Below are positions 35,996-46,222 of a DNA stretch of 64,000 nt, piece by piece. The position numbers and the translations under genes are program-made. The notes under the pieces were generated by a model. The model ran no database searches, was not told the origin of the DNA, and saw only the letters and a program-made list of their open reading frames with translations. The DNA lies in IMG/VR virus record IMGVR_UViG_3300017917_001996, positions 186,001-250,000 of that record; one strand, written 5' to 3'. How positions within the stretch are numbered: position 1 is the first letter of the stretch; the number at the start of each line of letters is the position of its first letter.

Positions 35996-37060
35996 ATGGC
36001 CAAACCTTTTGACCTAAGTAAATTTAGAAAAAACATCACAAAAAGTATTGAAGGCTTGAGTATCGGATTTAACGATCCAACAGACTGGGTTAGTACTGGT
36101 AACTATGCACTTAACTATTTGATCTCTGGAGACTTCCATCGCGGAGTACCCTTGGGCAAAGTTACTGTGTTTGCTGGCGAATCTGGCGCAGGCAAATCTT
36201 ATATCTGTTCAGGTAATTTAATTCGACACGCACAAGAACAAGGCATCTATCCAATTCTAATCGATTCGGAAAATGCTCTAGACGAAGCTTGGTTACACGC
36301 ACTAGGCGTTGACACCAGTGAAGAAAAACTATTAAAAGTTAATATGGCTATGATTGATGACGTAGCCAAAATGATTTCGGAGTTTGTCAAAGAATACAAA
36401 ACATTACCCGATGACCAGCGTCCTAAGGTCTTGTTCATTCTCGACAGCCTTGGTATGTTGTTGACACCTACTGATGTTAATCAGTTTGAAGCAGGTGAAA
36501 TGAAAGGTGACTTGGGTCGTAAGCCTAAAGCACTGACAGCACTTGTTCGTAACTGTGTTAACATGTTTGGTAGCTTGAACATTGGTCTGGTTGCCACTAA
36601 CCATACCTATGCTAGCCAGGACATGTTTGACCCGGATGACAAGATCAGCGGTGGTCAAGGCTTTATCTATGCCAGCTCGATTGTTGTTGCTATGAAGAAA
36701 CTCAAACTTAAAGAGGACGATGATGGCAATAAGATTAGTGAGGTACGCGGTATCCGTGCTGCTTGTAAGATCATGAAAACTCGTTACGCAAAACCTTTTG
36801 AAAGCGTACAGGTTAAGATTCCCTACGAGACAGGTATGAATCCGTATTCTGGTCTCACCGATCTGGTTGAAGCCAAAGGTATGCTTAAGAAGGAAGGCAA
36901 TAGTCTTGTGTATACTACAACAGACGGCGAAATCATTAAGAAGTTCCGCAAGGGCTGGGAACGTAATGATGATGGTTGCTTGGATGTGATTATGAAAGAT
37001 ATTACTGCAAATCCTCAAGCCATAAGTAGTCAAGCAACAGTTGAAGAAACTGTTGAATAA
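35996..37060 (+). CDS. uvsX: RecA-like recombinase (UvsX)
   Basis: GESGAGKS, LIDSENA, FILDSLG, VATNHTY, SGGQGFIYASS, KTRYAKPF. Confidence 0.92.
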   Translation: MAKPFDLSKFRKNITKSIEGLSIGFNDPTDWVSTGNYALNYLISGDFHRGVPLGKVTVFAGESGAGKSYICSGNLIRHAQEQGIYPILIDSENALDEAWLHALGVDTSEEKLLKVNMAMIDDVAKMISEFVKEYKTLPDDQRPKVLFILDSLGMLLTPTDVNQFEAGEMKGDLGRKPKALTALVRNCVNMFGSLNIGLVATNHTYASQDMFDPDDKISGGQGFIYASSIVVAMKKLKLKEDDDGNKISEVRGIRAACKIMKTRYAKPFESVQVKIPYETGMNPYSGLTDLVEAKGMLKKEGNSLVYTTTDGEIIKKFRKGWERNDDGCLDVIMKDITANPQAISSQATVEETVE

Positions 37061-37076
37061 CTTCTAAAGGAAAAAT

Positions 37077-37304
37077 ATGAGCATTGAAGTAGATGTTCTC
37101 AGCGAAGTATATACTATTTTAAAGCAATACATTCCACAAAAAGATCGCCAGGAAGCTGCTGACCATATTATGAGCGTTGTAGTTGATTTACTCGACGATA
37201 ACGAACTTAAAGAATTCGGCGCTACTGATAACAATTTAAGTCGTGCATTTAAGGAATACGCCGGAGATGCTGACGACGAAGATTATGAGGACTACGACGA
37301 ATAA
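37077..37304 (+). CDS. Hypothetical acidic protein (75 aa)
   Basis: SD AAGGA; lies between uvsX and uvsY. Confidence 0.65.
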   Translation: MSIEVDVLSEVYTILKQYIPQKDRQEAADHIMSVVVDLLDDNELKEFGATDNNLSRAFKEYAGDADDEDYEDYDE

Positions 37305-37756
37305 TGTGGTACAATCGAGTTGTCGATGACATCTCAAACATACCGGACTTTATCACTTACTACGAAAATGAACTGGAGATAGCTAAGAAAGAATGCCGTA
37401 TCTCCGGTCATGTAGAAAAGAGTATTTCTGCTTTACCCGGTATTACCGAGCACCGTTTTAATCAACTACAGGAGATTGAAGCGGTGCTTAACTACCTCAA
37501 CATCCAGCTACGCAAAATTCGACGTAAGCATTTCCAAAAGTATTTGGAAGCCTATAATCGAGTTTTAACTAGCCGTGATGCTGAAAAGTATGTTGACGGC
37601 GAAGATGAAGTTATCGACTACGAAACAATTATTAACAGCGTGGCTCTGTTGCGTAATAAGTACTTGGGCATACTCAAGGGACTAGAGAGTAAGAACTTTA
37701 TGCAAGGGCATTTAGTTAGACTCAAATGTGCCGGTATGGAAGATTATACCATTTAA
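37304..37756 (+). CDS. uvsY: Recombination mediator UvsY
   Basis: YLEAYNR.LTSRDAEKYVDGE...YLGILKGLESKNF..G..RL..AG.ED pattern. Confidence 0.8.
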   Translation: MWYNRVVDDISNIPDFITYYENELEIAKKECRISGHVEKSISALPGITEHRFNQLQEIEAVLNYLNIQLRKIRRKHFQKYLEAYNRVLTSRDAEKYVDGEDEVIDYETIINSVALLRNKYLGILKGLESKNFMQGHLVRLKCAGMEDYTI

Positions 37757-37757
37757 A

Positions 37758-38018
37758 GTGAAAACATCTCAGCAACGGGCACAAGATTTACTAGATCAAT
37801 GGCAGCAGTTTAGAACCAGTGGTATCTGTGCCGATCTTTGGAATATACAAGAAAGCAAAGAGCAGCTAGAGCACCTTGCTCTTGGATTGTCTACTATTCT
37901 ATACTGTAATCCTGAAGATGTTAGTTTGGATCAGTCTTGTCAAGACTTTGAGCGTGAGCTTAGTAGATTTAAAAACAAAATCTACGACGACCTGCTCAAG
38001 GGTTTAAAAACTAAATAA
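37758..38018 (+). CDS. Hypothetical protein
   Basis: GTG directly after the uvsY stop, in the ORF-track frame. Confidence 0.5.
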   Translation: MKTSQQRAQDLLDQWQQFRTSGICADLWNIQESKEQLEHLALGLSTILYCNPEDVSLDQSCQDFERELSRFKNKIYDDLLKGLKTK

Positions 38019-38023
38019 CAGTT

Positions 38024-39556
38024 ATGCGAGATCTAATTAATATCATCACTGAATCACGTGGGCTTGGCGCACGTAAACCTGGCGAGGAGTTTGTTAATAC
38101 AACTAACCCCGAAGACAAAATCTTTATTAAAAGCGTGAGCTTTTACCCTGAAGATCGAGTTGCCTATGGTTCGTATGAAGAAATGGCCGCGGCGCTACAG
38201 AAAATTGTTAACGCTATCCCTAACGCCTATGTTGATTTAATTGGTAAATTTACTAACAAGGATCTAGCATTTGGTATTGCTATATTCTCTCGTCCTGGCT
38301 CGCAGGATCTAGCATTTGTAAAACCATACCGCGCAGTTAAGCCGGACCCAACACAAAACGCCTGGGATAATCAAACGGGTATTCCCGGTTTTAGATATAA
38401 CAGTAAATCGGCAGCTAAAACACAAGCAGGTATGACACCTCAGGATGTGTTAACCAAGCTGTCTGACCTAACTGCACAAGAAGTAGTAGACCAAGTTCAC
38501 GCTAAGTTTGGATCAACAAGTCCGTTGACTAAGTTTGCACAGTCTATTGCAGCAGGACAAAAACTTCCTATTGCTATTCCTGCAGATTCCACCATGAGCT
38601 TCTCGGCGTTTAGAGATTACTTCTGTGAACTCATGCATCCTATTGCACTACAGACAGGTAACTACAAAGGCAATGCTGGCGAAGCTGCCAGTAAGTTTTT
38701 AGGTGTTGGTGGTTTTGCTGAAACATTGATTAGTTTTGGTTCAGATAAGACCGAAGGACTCAGTGACAGTATTTTGATATCCGACACTGGCAAGAAAATT
38801 AAAGTAAGTAGTAAAGGTGCAGTTGGCGCAGAAGCCAGTAGCAAGAACGTTCTTGATGCTATCAATGAACTACAAGACTCTGATCTTAATAAAAAACACG
38901 CAGAAGTTATTGACTTGGTAAGAGACGTAGTTAAAGGTGGCCAAGGTGGTGCTCCATTGATATTGGGTGTTCGTTACAAAATCATTGGTACCGAGGATGC
39001 ACAAGACATACAAAACTTTAAAAAACTTCCTCCGACTAACTTGGATGCAGTTGCTCAGATGAAATTGAGCCCAAAATTAAAAAAGTTAATTGAAGAAAGA
39101 AACACAAACACACCTGAAAATTTAAATTTGTATTTTCACAGCATAGCCGCAGTAGCACATAAGGTCGCAGAATATGTTAACGAAAATACTAATTTCAGCC
39201 AGGCAGTTAGCGAGATACTAAACAACGGTGCTTTGGTCCAAGTTTACACCAAAGCCACAGAATCACCTACAGAATGGACAGTACAATCGTTTACAACCGT
39301 CTGGCCTAGCAATACAGTTACTGGTGTTAAGTTCAGCGCCAGCAAAACCTACTACAGTACAGGCATCAAAGGCAACTTTACATTTAAAATTCTACGTAAC
39401 GGTGCTAAAGACGTAGAGGATGAGCGTTCTACAGATGTAGCTATGCAATCCAAAGAGCCTGTGGCTACACCTGGTGTGCTTACAGGAAAACGCACCGAGA
39501 TACGACCAACTCGTGACAAAAAACCCACAGGAGATGTGGGCAGAGAAAAAAGATAA
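38024..39556 (+). CDS. Probable internal head protein (leader MRDLINIITE), possible PD-(D/E)xK-like fold
   Basis: Late promoter CTAAATA at 38011; E...SD...KVSSKG pattern. Confidence 0.6.
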   Translation: MRDLINIITESRGLGARKPGEEFVNTTNPEDKIFIKSVSFYPEDRVAYGSYEEMAAALQKIVNAIPNAYVDLIGKFTNKDLAFGIAIFSRPGSQDLAFVKPYRAVKPDPTQNAWDNQTGIPGFRYNSKSAAKTQAGMTPQDVLTKLSDLTAQEVVDQVHAKFGSTSPLTKFAQSIAAGQKLPIAIPADSTMSFSAFRDYFCELMHPIALQTGNYKGNAGEAASKFLGVGGFAETLISFGSDKTEGLSDSILISDTGKKIKVSSKGAVGAEASSKNVLDAINELQDSDLNKKHAEVIDLVRDVVKGGQGGAPLILGVRYKIIGTEDAQDIQNFKKLPPTNLDAVAQMKLSPKLKKLIEERNTNTPENLNLYFHSIAAVAHKVAEYVNENTNFSQAVSEILNNGALVQVYTKATESPTEWTVQSFTTVWPSNTVTGVKFSASKTYYSTGIKGNFTFKILRNGAKDVEDERSTDVAMQSKEPVATPGVLTGKRTEIRPTRDKKPTGDVGREKR

Positions 39557-39624
39557 CCGTTTTAGTTGACCTGATCTATAACTAGTGCTATTATTATGGT
39601 GTATTAACTCCATATAGGATCACT

Positions 39625-39846
39625 ATGTTGAAACCCAGCCATATTCGTACTCCCCGTACTCTCTCCGAATGCTACTTTTCTGCCGGTGATTCGACTATCG
39701 AACCTGCAATGTGGGGAAGTCGGTGGAATTCTGGTCTTCCACCAAAGAAACGTTTTATACTTAATAACCTGTCTGCGCTTTCTTCTATTGGTATAGGACT
39801 AGTTGTTATTGTTGCGGCATCTCTGTTAATGACCAATCTTAAATAA
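39625..39846 (+). CDS. Small membrane protein
   Basis: C-terminal hydrophobic helix; promoter TTGACC-N17-TATTAT at 39566-39594. Confidence 0.55.
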   Translation: MLKPSHIRTPRTLSECYFSAGDSTIEPAMWGSRWNSGLPPKKRFILNNLSALSSIGIGLVVIVAASLLMTNLK

Positions 39847-39855
39847 GGATCAAAA

Positions 39856-40005
39856 ATGTTTGAATCAATTGAAATCCGCCGTGCGGCTAATGGCTTTATC
39901 CTAGTCATTACTACCGAAGACGAGACCAAAGAATATGTCTACGACACTAGTCGTAAAACACTTAAAGTCCTCAAGGACTACCTGGAGTCAAAGTCTGCCC
40001 AATGA
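39856..40005 (+). CDS. Small hypothetical protein (49 aa, MFESIEIRRAANGFIL...), not in the ORF track
   Basis: SD TAAGGA; TGA overlaps the next ATG. Confidence 0.65.
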   Translation: MFESIEIRRAANGFILVITTEDETKEYVYDTSRKTLKVLKDYLESKSAQ

Positions 40006-40724
40006 ACCAATATGCATTTTTAGTAACCAGTGCTATTAATACCAAATTTGGTATCTTTAATAGTGAACAAAGACTTGAGCAAACTCTTGCTACTATTGCT
40101 AGCATAAAATCTCGTGTACCCGGTGCTAAGATTATCCTAGTTGAAATGGGAGCTATTCCCTTGACTGCAGAACAAACTCAAAGTCTTAGTAAAGAGGTTG
40201 ATCGAGTTCTAAGTTTTAACAGTGATCAAACTGTAATTGATCTTTTTAATAGCACTGACAATTGGGATGTTGTAAAAAACGTTACTGAGGTAATGTGTTT
40301 TGGTCAGGCATTGGCCACTTTAACTAATCACACCGACGTTCTTGATGGAGTACAGCGAGCTTTTAAAGTTAGCGGTAGATATACTCTTACTGACGACTTT
40401 GACATTAATTACTACAACCAGTATAATGTTCAGCATCATATTGTAGTTAGTCAGGCTAGATCTAGTCAGTTTCCTTATAACGTCACTGGCGTTGAACGTC
40501 AGTACATGAGTAGGCTATGGAGTTGGCCGATTTCTCTTACATCGGAAATACTTGATGTGTACACCCATGGTCTTGTTTATATGCAAGAGCGTATTGTCAA
40601 CGGTGGCTACTGCGATATTGAACACATGCTATATAAATTCCTAGATCACAATAAAATTATAGAAAAGGAACTGGTAGGTATTTGTGGTAATATTGGACCC
40701 AACGGTGCCGCAGTAAAAGATTAA
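40002..40724 (+). CDS. Putative glycosyltransferase-like protein
   Basis: FLVTSAI...FKVSGRY...SRLWS...DIEH; first gene of the second glyco island. Confidence 0.5.
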   Translation: MNQYAFLVTSAINTKFGIFNSEQRLEQTLATIASIKSRVPGAKIILVEMGAIPLTAEQTQSLSKEVDRVLSFNSDQTVIDLFNSTDNWDVVKNVTEVMCFGQALATLTNHTDVLDGVQRAFKVSGRYTLTDDFDINYYNQYNVQHHIVVSQARSSQFPYNVTGVERQYMSRLWSWPISLTSEILDVYTHGLVYMQERIVNGGYCDIEHMLYKFLDHNKIIEKELVGICGNIGPNGAAVKD

Positions 40725-41486
40725 ATGAATCCTTATATTAACGAACAAGACTGGAATAAGCTGCACGAACAATTTCAAACAGCACAGCCTTTTAGGCATG
40801 TCGTCATTGATAATTTTTTTAAACCTGAAGTTGCACAACAGTTATTTGACGAATTTCCAAACTATAATAGTGATGTTTGGAATGCACATTACAATAATCC
40901 GGTAGAAAACAAAAAGGCCTGCGATCATTGGACTAAATTTCCTCCGATGACCTATAGGGTCTTTAATTTTTTTTGCGGGCGTGAGTTTACGCACACTGTA
41001 GAACAGATCACAGGGCATCCTGAAGTGCTTCCTGATATTGGTCTACACGGCGGCGGCTGGCATGCTCATGCTAAAAGTGGCAAGTTAAACATACACTTAG
41101 ATTACAGTATTCATCCTAAACTCAAACTAGAGCGCCACTATAATCTAATTGTATATCTTACTCCAAATTGGAATTCCAGTTGGGGTGGCGGCCTTGAGTT
41201 TTGGTCACACAATCATGAAACTAATCAGCCCTTGCAGTGTGTTACTACAGTTGAGAATAAGTTTAATCGTGCTGTGATTTTTGATACAACACAAAATTCA
41301 TGGCACGGCTTACCCGAGGATTTAATTTGCCCTGATGATCAAATACGACGTAGCCTAGCTATGTATTATGTAACAAATCCTGAGACCAATGCCCCTGACC
41401 GCCTAAGAGCCAAATTTGCTCCGTATCGAGAGCAGAATCAAGACCAAGAAATTTTAGACTTTATTGAAAAGAGACAAAAACTATGA
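40725..41486 (+). CDS. 2OG-Fe(II) oxygenase (prolyl-hydroxylase-like)
   Basis: PFRHVVIDNF, HLD (HxD), WGGGLE, FNRAVIF, SWHG, RRSLAMYY. Confidence 0.88.
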   Translation: MNPYINEQDWNKLHEQFQTAQPFRHVVIDNFFKPEVAQQLFDEFPNYNSDVWNAHYNNPVENKKACDHWTKFPPMTYRVFNFFCGREFTHTVEQITGHPEVLPDIGLHGGGWHAHAKSGKLNIHLDYSIHPKLKLERHYNLIVYLTPNWNSSWGGGLEFWSHNHETNQPLQCVTTVENKFNRAVIFDTTQNSWHGLPEDLICPDDQIRRSLAMYYVTNPETNAPDRLRAKFAPYREQNQDQEILDFIEKRQKL

Positions 41487-42103
41487 ACGAAACTAGTAAA
41501 GCATTAATCCGTAGGCTTAACGACTCTCGTTATGCTAGTACATATTTCCGAGGTAACGGAATTGATATTGGTGCAGGGGACGATTCCCTTGGGCGTTATC
41601 AACAACAGTTTCCTTTGATTGAATCGGTTCGTGCTTGGGATATTCCCGATGGTGATGCCCAGTTAATGGAAAGTGTTGTAGATAATACTTACGATTTTGT
41701 ACACAGCAGTCATTGTCTTGAACATTTAAATAATCCTTTTGAAGCATTTAAAAACTGGATTAGAATTTGTCGTCCCGGCGGACATATTATTACTACAATA
41801 CCCGACGAAGATCTTTATGAACAAGGTGTGTTTCCTAGCACATTTAATAATGATCATAAGAGTTCATGGACCATTCTTAAAGGTAAGAGTTGGAGCCCTG
41901 TAAGCGTTAATGTTATTGAACTTCTTTATCAATTCCGTAACGAGATTGAAATCTTAAAGATTGAATTAGTTAATGGTAGTTTTAACTACAACCAGCCGCG
42001 CTACGATCAAACTCTTTATGGAATTAGCGAATGCGCCATTGAATTCATTGTTAGAAAGCGCCCACAGTCAGAAATTGATCGTCTAGGAAGACTACCCGAA
42101 TGA
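41483..42103 (+). CDS. Class I SAM-dependent methyltransferase
   Basis: GIDIGAG, DFVHSSHCLEHL, RICRPGG. Confidence 0.85.
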   Translation: MNETSKALIRRLNDSRYASTYFRGNGIDIGAGDDSLGRYQQQFPLIESVRAWDIPDGDAQLMESVVDNTYDFVHSSHCLEHLNNPFEAFKNWIRICRPGGHIITTIPDEDLYEQGVFPSTFNNDHKSSWTILKGKSWSPVSVNVIELLYQFRNEIEILKIELVNGSFNYNQPRYDQTLYGISECAIEFIVRKRPQSEIDRLGRLPE

Positions 42104-42930
42104 AAGACATCACTATTGTAGCCGTTGACACTTATGCACACGATCTGACTCGTTGTGCTATAGAACGTACTCTAGAAGAAATACCTTGTCGAGAAGTTCT
42201 AGTATTCAGCGACAAAAACATTTTTCCTGATGGTCGCTGGATCGATATTAATCCTATTGACATAGTTGGTTATAATACTTTGATGGTTAAACATTTATGG
42301 CCTTTTATTCGTACCGAACATGTACTAATTGTTCAGTACGACGGACTGGCTGTGAATTCCAATAATTGGACTGATGACTTTTTAAACTATGATTATATCG
42401 GCGCAATCTGGCCCTGGGATCACCACCCTCCTGAATATAAGGTGGGCAACGGCGGATTTAGTCTGCGTAGTCGAAAATTGATTGAAGCCTGTAAGAATCA
42501 TGACATGGCATTAACTAACAAGCTGCCCATGTACGAAGATTTGTATATCTGTGTGCACTACAAGAAGTACTTAGAAAGCCAGGGTATCCGTTATGCCGAC
42601 ATAAGTACAGCTAAAAAGTTTAGTCATGAGCACCATCCTGGTTACCAAGATACTTTCGGGTTTCACGGCACATTTAATGTTCCGTACTACTTAGACGATC
42701 AGTATTGTGAAAAGTTTATTGAACTGTTACCAGGGTGGACTAGCGAGGGCGTTCTTTTAATGGTAGCACATTGTTTCCAGGCAGGGAAATTTGAATTAGG
42801 TAAACTTGCACTAGAACAAGGTCGCCGAAAAACAGATAACTTTGATTCTCGTGTTAGACAGATTTTAACACAACATTCTAGCCAGTTTAACGGCGAAGAT
42901 TTTCAAACAATTTATCGACACTTAAAATGA
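42100..42930 (+). CDS. DUF5672-like putative glycosyltransferase
   Basis: LIVQYDG, YDYIGAIW, VGNGGFSLRS, EDLYIC, FGFHG. Confidence 0.75.
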   Translation: MKDITIVAVDTYAHDLTRCAIERTLEEIPCREVLVFSDKNIFPDGRWIDINPIDIVGYNTLMVKHLWPFIRTEHVLIVQYDGLAVNSNNWTDDFLNYDYIGAIWPWDHHPPEYKVGNGGFSLRSRKLIEACKNHDMALTNKLPMYEDLYICVHYKKYLESQGIRYADISTAKKFSHEHHPGYQDTFGFHGTFNVPYYLDDQYCEKFIELLPGWTSEGVLLMVAHCFQAGKFELGKLALEQGRRKTDNFDSRVRQILTQHSSQFNGEDFQTIYRHLK

Positions 42931-43814
42931 CAAGAACAAGTATATTAGTTAATAGACAAGGTGCAAGCGGCGATGTACTAATGACATCGCCTATTGTTCG
43001 TAAGTTGCATCAAGACTACCAAGGTAACTGCGACATTGATTTTTCTGTATGGCATGAATGTGCTCCGATGATCGAAAAGAATCCTTACATTAGGAAAGTT
43101 CTTCACACAAAACCTACAGAAGATTTAATTGCACAGTATGATCGTTATATTGACTTAGATCTAGTCTACGAACGTAACCCAGAAATTCATGCTGTTGATG
43201 CTTATGCACTACACGCCTTTGGTACTACAGACTTTGATCGAAGTTTAGAATTGCACACCGACAGCGCCGATCAAGAAGTTGGCAACAAGTTCCAAGAGAT
43301 TCTCGGAGGCAATTACATTGTGTTACATCAGCGTCGTTGGGCATGGCCAAGTAGAAACATTGACCCTGACATGTGGGCACAAGTAGTTAAACAAATACTT
43401 GAAAATACTTCGGTATATATTGTACAGGTTGGTCAGGCACACGAACCTTGTTTTACTGATCATCCGAGATTAATCGATGCTCGGGGACAATTTACTGTAC
43501 ACGAACTCAAAGAAGTTATTGGCAAAAGCAAATTATTCATGGGTGTCGACTCTGCACCCGGGCACATTGCGGCTGCAACCGAAACTGATATGTTGCTATT
43601 GTTCACCAGTGTGCGCGAAGAATATCGCAGACCCCTGCGTTCGAAAGGGCAATTTGTTCCTATCATTCCCGACATTGATTGCTACGGTTGTCATGCCAAG
43701 AACCCTGCACCGTGTACAACATTTATTTGTCACCGTGGTGATGTGGACTGCGTAAATAAGTTTAACTCGGAAGACATTGCACAACGAGCAATTGAATTAA
43801 TAAACGCACAATGA
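42927..43814 (+). CDS. GT9-family (ADP-heptose:LPS heptosyltransferase-like) glycosyltransferase
   Basis: [31 protein letters not shown]...C. Confidence 0.82.
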   Translation: MTRTSILVNRQGASGDVLMTSPIVRKLHQDYQGNCDIDFSVWHECAPMIEKNPYIRKVLHTKPTEDLIAQYDRYIDLDLVYERNPEIHAVDAYALHAFGTTDFDRSLELHTDSADQEVGNKFQEILGGNYIVLHQRRWAWPSRNIDPDMWAQVVKQILENTSVYIVQVGQAHEPCFTDHPRLIDARGQFTVHELKEVIGKSKLFMGVDSAPGHIAAATETDMLLLFTSVREEYRRPLRSKGQFVPIIPDIDCYGCHAKNPAPCTTFICHRGDVDCVNKFNSEDIAQRAIELINAQ

Positions 43815-44950
43815 GATTCCATATTCTAGGATTACCTCACACGGTAACAAACAAAGCATACAATGCCTGTGCATACACACAGAAGGTTTGGAAATTTGGT
43901 AAAATGATGAAAGCTCGAGGGCACGAGATTATTCATTACGGGCACCCTGACAGTGACGTTATCTGCGACGAACATGTTAATGTTATTAGCAACCAAGATT
44001 TAGAAATTGCCTATGGTAATTACGATTGGCGTCGGAACTTTTTTAAGTTTGATGTTAACGACCATGCTTACCAGACATTCTATAAAAATGCTATTCGTGA
44101 AGTTGGCTTACGTAAAAAGAAACACGACTTTATCTTGCCGTTCTGGGGTTCCGGGCATAAACCAATCTGCGACGCACATCCTGACCTAATTACTGTTGAG
44201 CCTGGTATTGGGTATGCCGGTGGACATTGGGCAAGGTTTAAGATATTCGAAAGTTATGCGATTTATCATGCATATTATGGTTTAGATGCAGTAGGTAGAT
44301 GTAAACAGGACTGGTATGACGTTGTTATTCCTAATTATTTTGACCCTGATGATTTTGAATATGCACCTGAAAACAAAGAAGATTATTTCTTGTTTGTGGG
44401 TCGAGTATATGACGGTAAAGGTGTAAATGTTGCTATTCAAGCAACAGAAGCGATTGGCGCTCGATTAAAGATTGCCGGTCAAGGTAGTTTACAGGATATG
44501 GGATATCAAGAAATCCCCAAGCATGTAGAATTTATTGGTTATGCTGATATCGAAACTCGTCGACAGTTAATGAGTCGGGCACGAGCCGCATTTGCACCTA
44601 GTATGTATGTAGAACCATTTGGCGGTGTGCAAATTGAAATGTTAATGTCAGGTACTCCTACAATCACCACAGATTGGGGTAGTTTCTCTGAAAATAATAT
44701 TCATGGATTAACTGGTTATCGGTGCCGTACATTTGAACATTTTAAATGGGCTGCACAGAATATCGGTAATATCAAACCAGAAAACTGCCGTGCTTGGGCC
44801 ATGGATAATTTTAGTTTAGATCGCGTGGCTAAAATGTATGAGGAGTATTTTCAGTCAGTATTAAATATATACACTGGAAAAGGTTGGTATGAGTCAAATG
44901 ATAATCGAAAAGATTTAGATTATCTAGGTAGATTTATTCCAAAAATGTAG
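43811..44950 (+). CDS. GT-B (GT4-family) glycosyltransferase
   Basis: FLFVGRV...[25 protein letters not shown]. Confidence 0.85.
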   Translation: MRFHILGLPHTVTNKAYNACAYTQKVWKFGKMMKARGHEIIHYGHPDSDVICDEHVNVISNQDLEIAYGNYDWRRNFFKFDVNDHAYQTFYKNAIREVGLRKKKHDFILPFWGSGHKPICDAHPDLITVEPGIGYAGGHWARFKIFESYAIYHAYYGLDAVGRCKQDWYDVVIPNYFDPDDFEYAPENKEDYFLFVGRVYDGKGVNVAIQATEAIGARLKIAGQGSLQDMGYQEIPKHVEFIGYADIETRRQLMSRARAAFAPSMYVEPFGGVQIEMLMSGTPTITTDWGSFSENNIHGLTGYRCRTFEHFKWAAQNIGNIKPENCRAWAMDNFSLDRVAKMYEEYFQSVLNIYTGKGWYESNDNRKDLDYLGRFIPKM

Positions 44951-44961
44951 GAGATAATATT

Positions 44962-45126
44962 ATGTCGTTTAGAGCCTGGTTACAAGAAATGTGGTATCTT
45001 CATGTAATTGAAATAGAACAATGGACCGGGCGAGAACCGACATATAACAGTCAAGATTATTTTCAACGTAATAAATGGTGGTTAAGACAAGCATTTAGAC
45101 AGTGGCAAAATCGAGAAATTTTGTAA
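44962..45126 (+). CDS. Small Trp-rich hypothetical protein (54 aa), not in the ORF track
   Basis: SD AGGAG; MSFRAWLQEMWYLH...NKWWLR. Confidence 0.6.
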   Translation: MSFRAWLQEMWYLHVIEIEQWTGREPTYNSQDYFQRNKWWLRQAFRQWQNREIL

Positions 45127-45190
45127 TACTTTTTGTGTACTAAAACCCTGTTCTTGACAGGGTTTTATTTTGGCAGTATAATTAGGGCAT
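45122..45190 (+). promoter_or_regulatory. Strong sigma70 promoter with an inverted repeat across the -35 box (copy 1 of a conserved element)
   Basis: AAAACCCTG-TTCTTGA-CAGGGTTTT; TTGACA(45154)-N17-TATAAT(45177); upstream TGTAATACTT..GTACTA. Confidence 0.8.
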
Positions 45191-45209
45191 GTCCAACAAG
45201 GAGATGCTG

Positions 45210-45536
45210 ATGCAAACTACATACCTCGACACTAAAGAAGCACCTAACAAGTGGTTTGCTCTGCAAGATCGTCGTATGCGTAATCACGCAAATCGTACAC
45301 TGTACACCGATGCCCAACAAGTTCGCCTTGAGCGCATTCGCCTTGCCCTGGAGATGGTTGTGCGCGGTACTGTTTACGAAGTTGCATACGGCCGTCGTAG
45401 CGCATCTGTAAAAGTACAAAACGGTGCAATCATTGCAGATCGTAAAATGTTGGCCTTGCTCGAATCAGACTGGAGTAAGGAAGGTATCACCAAGAAAGAA
45501 ACACCGCAAGGTTTTCAATATCACATGCCTCTTTGA
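45210..45536 (+). CDS. Hypothetical early protein
   Basis: SD AAGGAG favours ATG 45210; the ORF track starts at 45189. Confidence 0.65.
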   Translation: MQTTYLDTKEAPNKWFALQDRRMRNHANRTLYTDAQQVRLERIRLALEMVVRGTVYEVAYGRRSASVKVQNGAIIADRKMLALLESDWSKEGITKKETPQGFQYHMPL

Positions 45537-45546
45537 AAGTTAAATT

Positions 45547-45882
45547 ATGCCTTGTATGAACTACGACGACTCCTGGCGAGATAACTGGCACGACAGAGCA
45601 AAAATTACAGCACTATCAGAAATTACCAATAGGGTCTCTCGGGTCGCCTGCCGGGCACTTCGTGCCTTGGAACAAGGTACTAAAATCGAAGATGTCCTTA
45701 AAGATAAGGAAACTCGAGATTGGTGGGCCGCCCACAAGAAAGCCGACGACGCACGTATTGCTAAGGAAGAAAAAGCCAAGCAAAAACAGCTCGAGCTCAC
45801 AGAAGTTAAAAAGCAAGCTATTGCCAAATTGACCGACGAAGAGCTTGAAGCATTCGGCTTACGCAAAGATAAGAAGAAATAA
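45547..45882 (+). CDS. Hypothetical protein
   Basis: Tightly packed ORF in the early operon. Confidence 0.65.
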   Translation: MPCMNYDDSWRDNWHDRAKITALSEITNRVSRVACRALRALEQGTKIEDVLKDKETRDWWAAHKKADDARIAKEEKAKQKQLELTEVKKQAIAKLTDEELEAFGLRKDKKK

Positions 45883-45883
45883 C

Positions 45884-46222
45884 ATGGAAGAATCGCAACA
45901 AATTCCTGGTCTCGAAGACGATATTGTTGATGCTATTATCAACGGTGTCGGTAGTGGCTACATGGGTAAGTCTGAACGAGTAGCCAGAAAAGTCATGATC
46001 GAACTTCTACGTGCAGAACGAGCAGATTTCCTTTTACTGCGAGATGGCGAAGTCCAAGAATGGTGGGGTTCTGTATATAGTGGCATTCGTAAAAAGATTG
46101 ACGCATATAGAGAAAAGGTTCGTATTTACGAAGTCAAACTCAACGCATATAATCGACTTACCGCTCAAGAGCGTAAATCTCTTGGTATTAGAAAACCCAC
46201 TAAACCTAAGGCAGAACTATGA
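45884..46222 (+). CDS. Hypothetical protein
   Basis: ATG 1 nt after the upstream stop. Confidence 0.65.
   Translation: MEESQQIPGLEDDIVDAIINGVGSGYMGKSERVARKVMIELLRAERADFLLLRDGEVQEWWGSVYSGIRKKIDAYREKVRIYEVKLNAYNRLTAQERKSLGIRKPTKPKAEL

Noticed and set aside
36404-37033. Long antisense ORFs opposite uvsX, the AAA ATPase (48486-49451), the tail fibre (60028-60927) and others
   Set aside because: They fully overlap well-supported plus-strand genes and lack motifs or start signals.
45183-45209. Leaderless start at ATG 45189
   Set aside because: A strong AAGGAG precedes ATG 45210, so the leadered start is more likely; excluded from the leaderless set.
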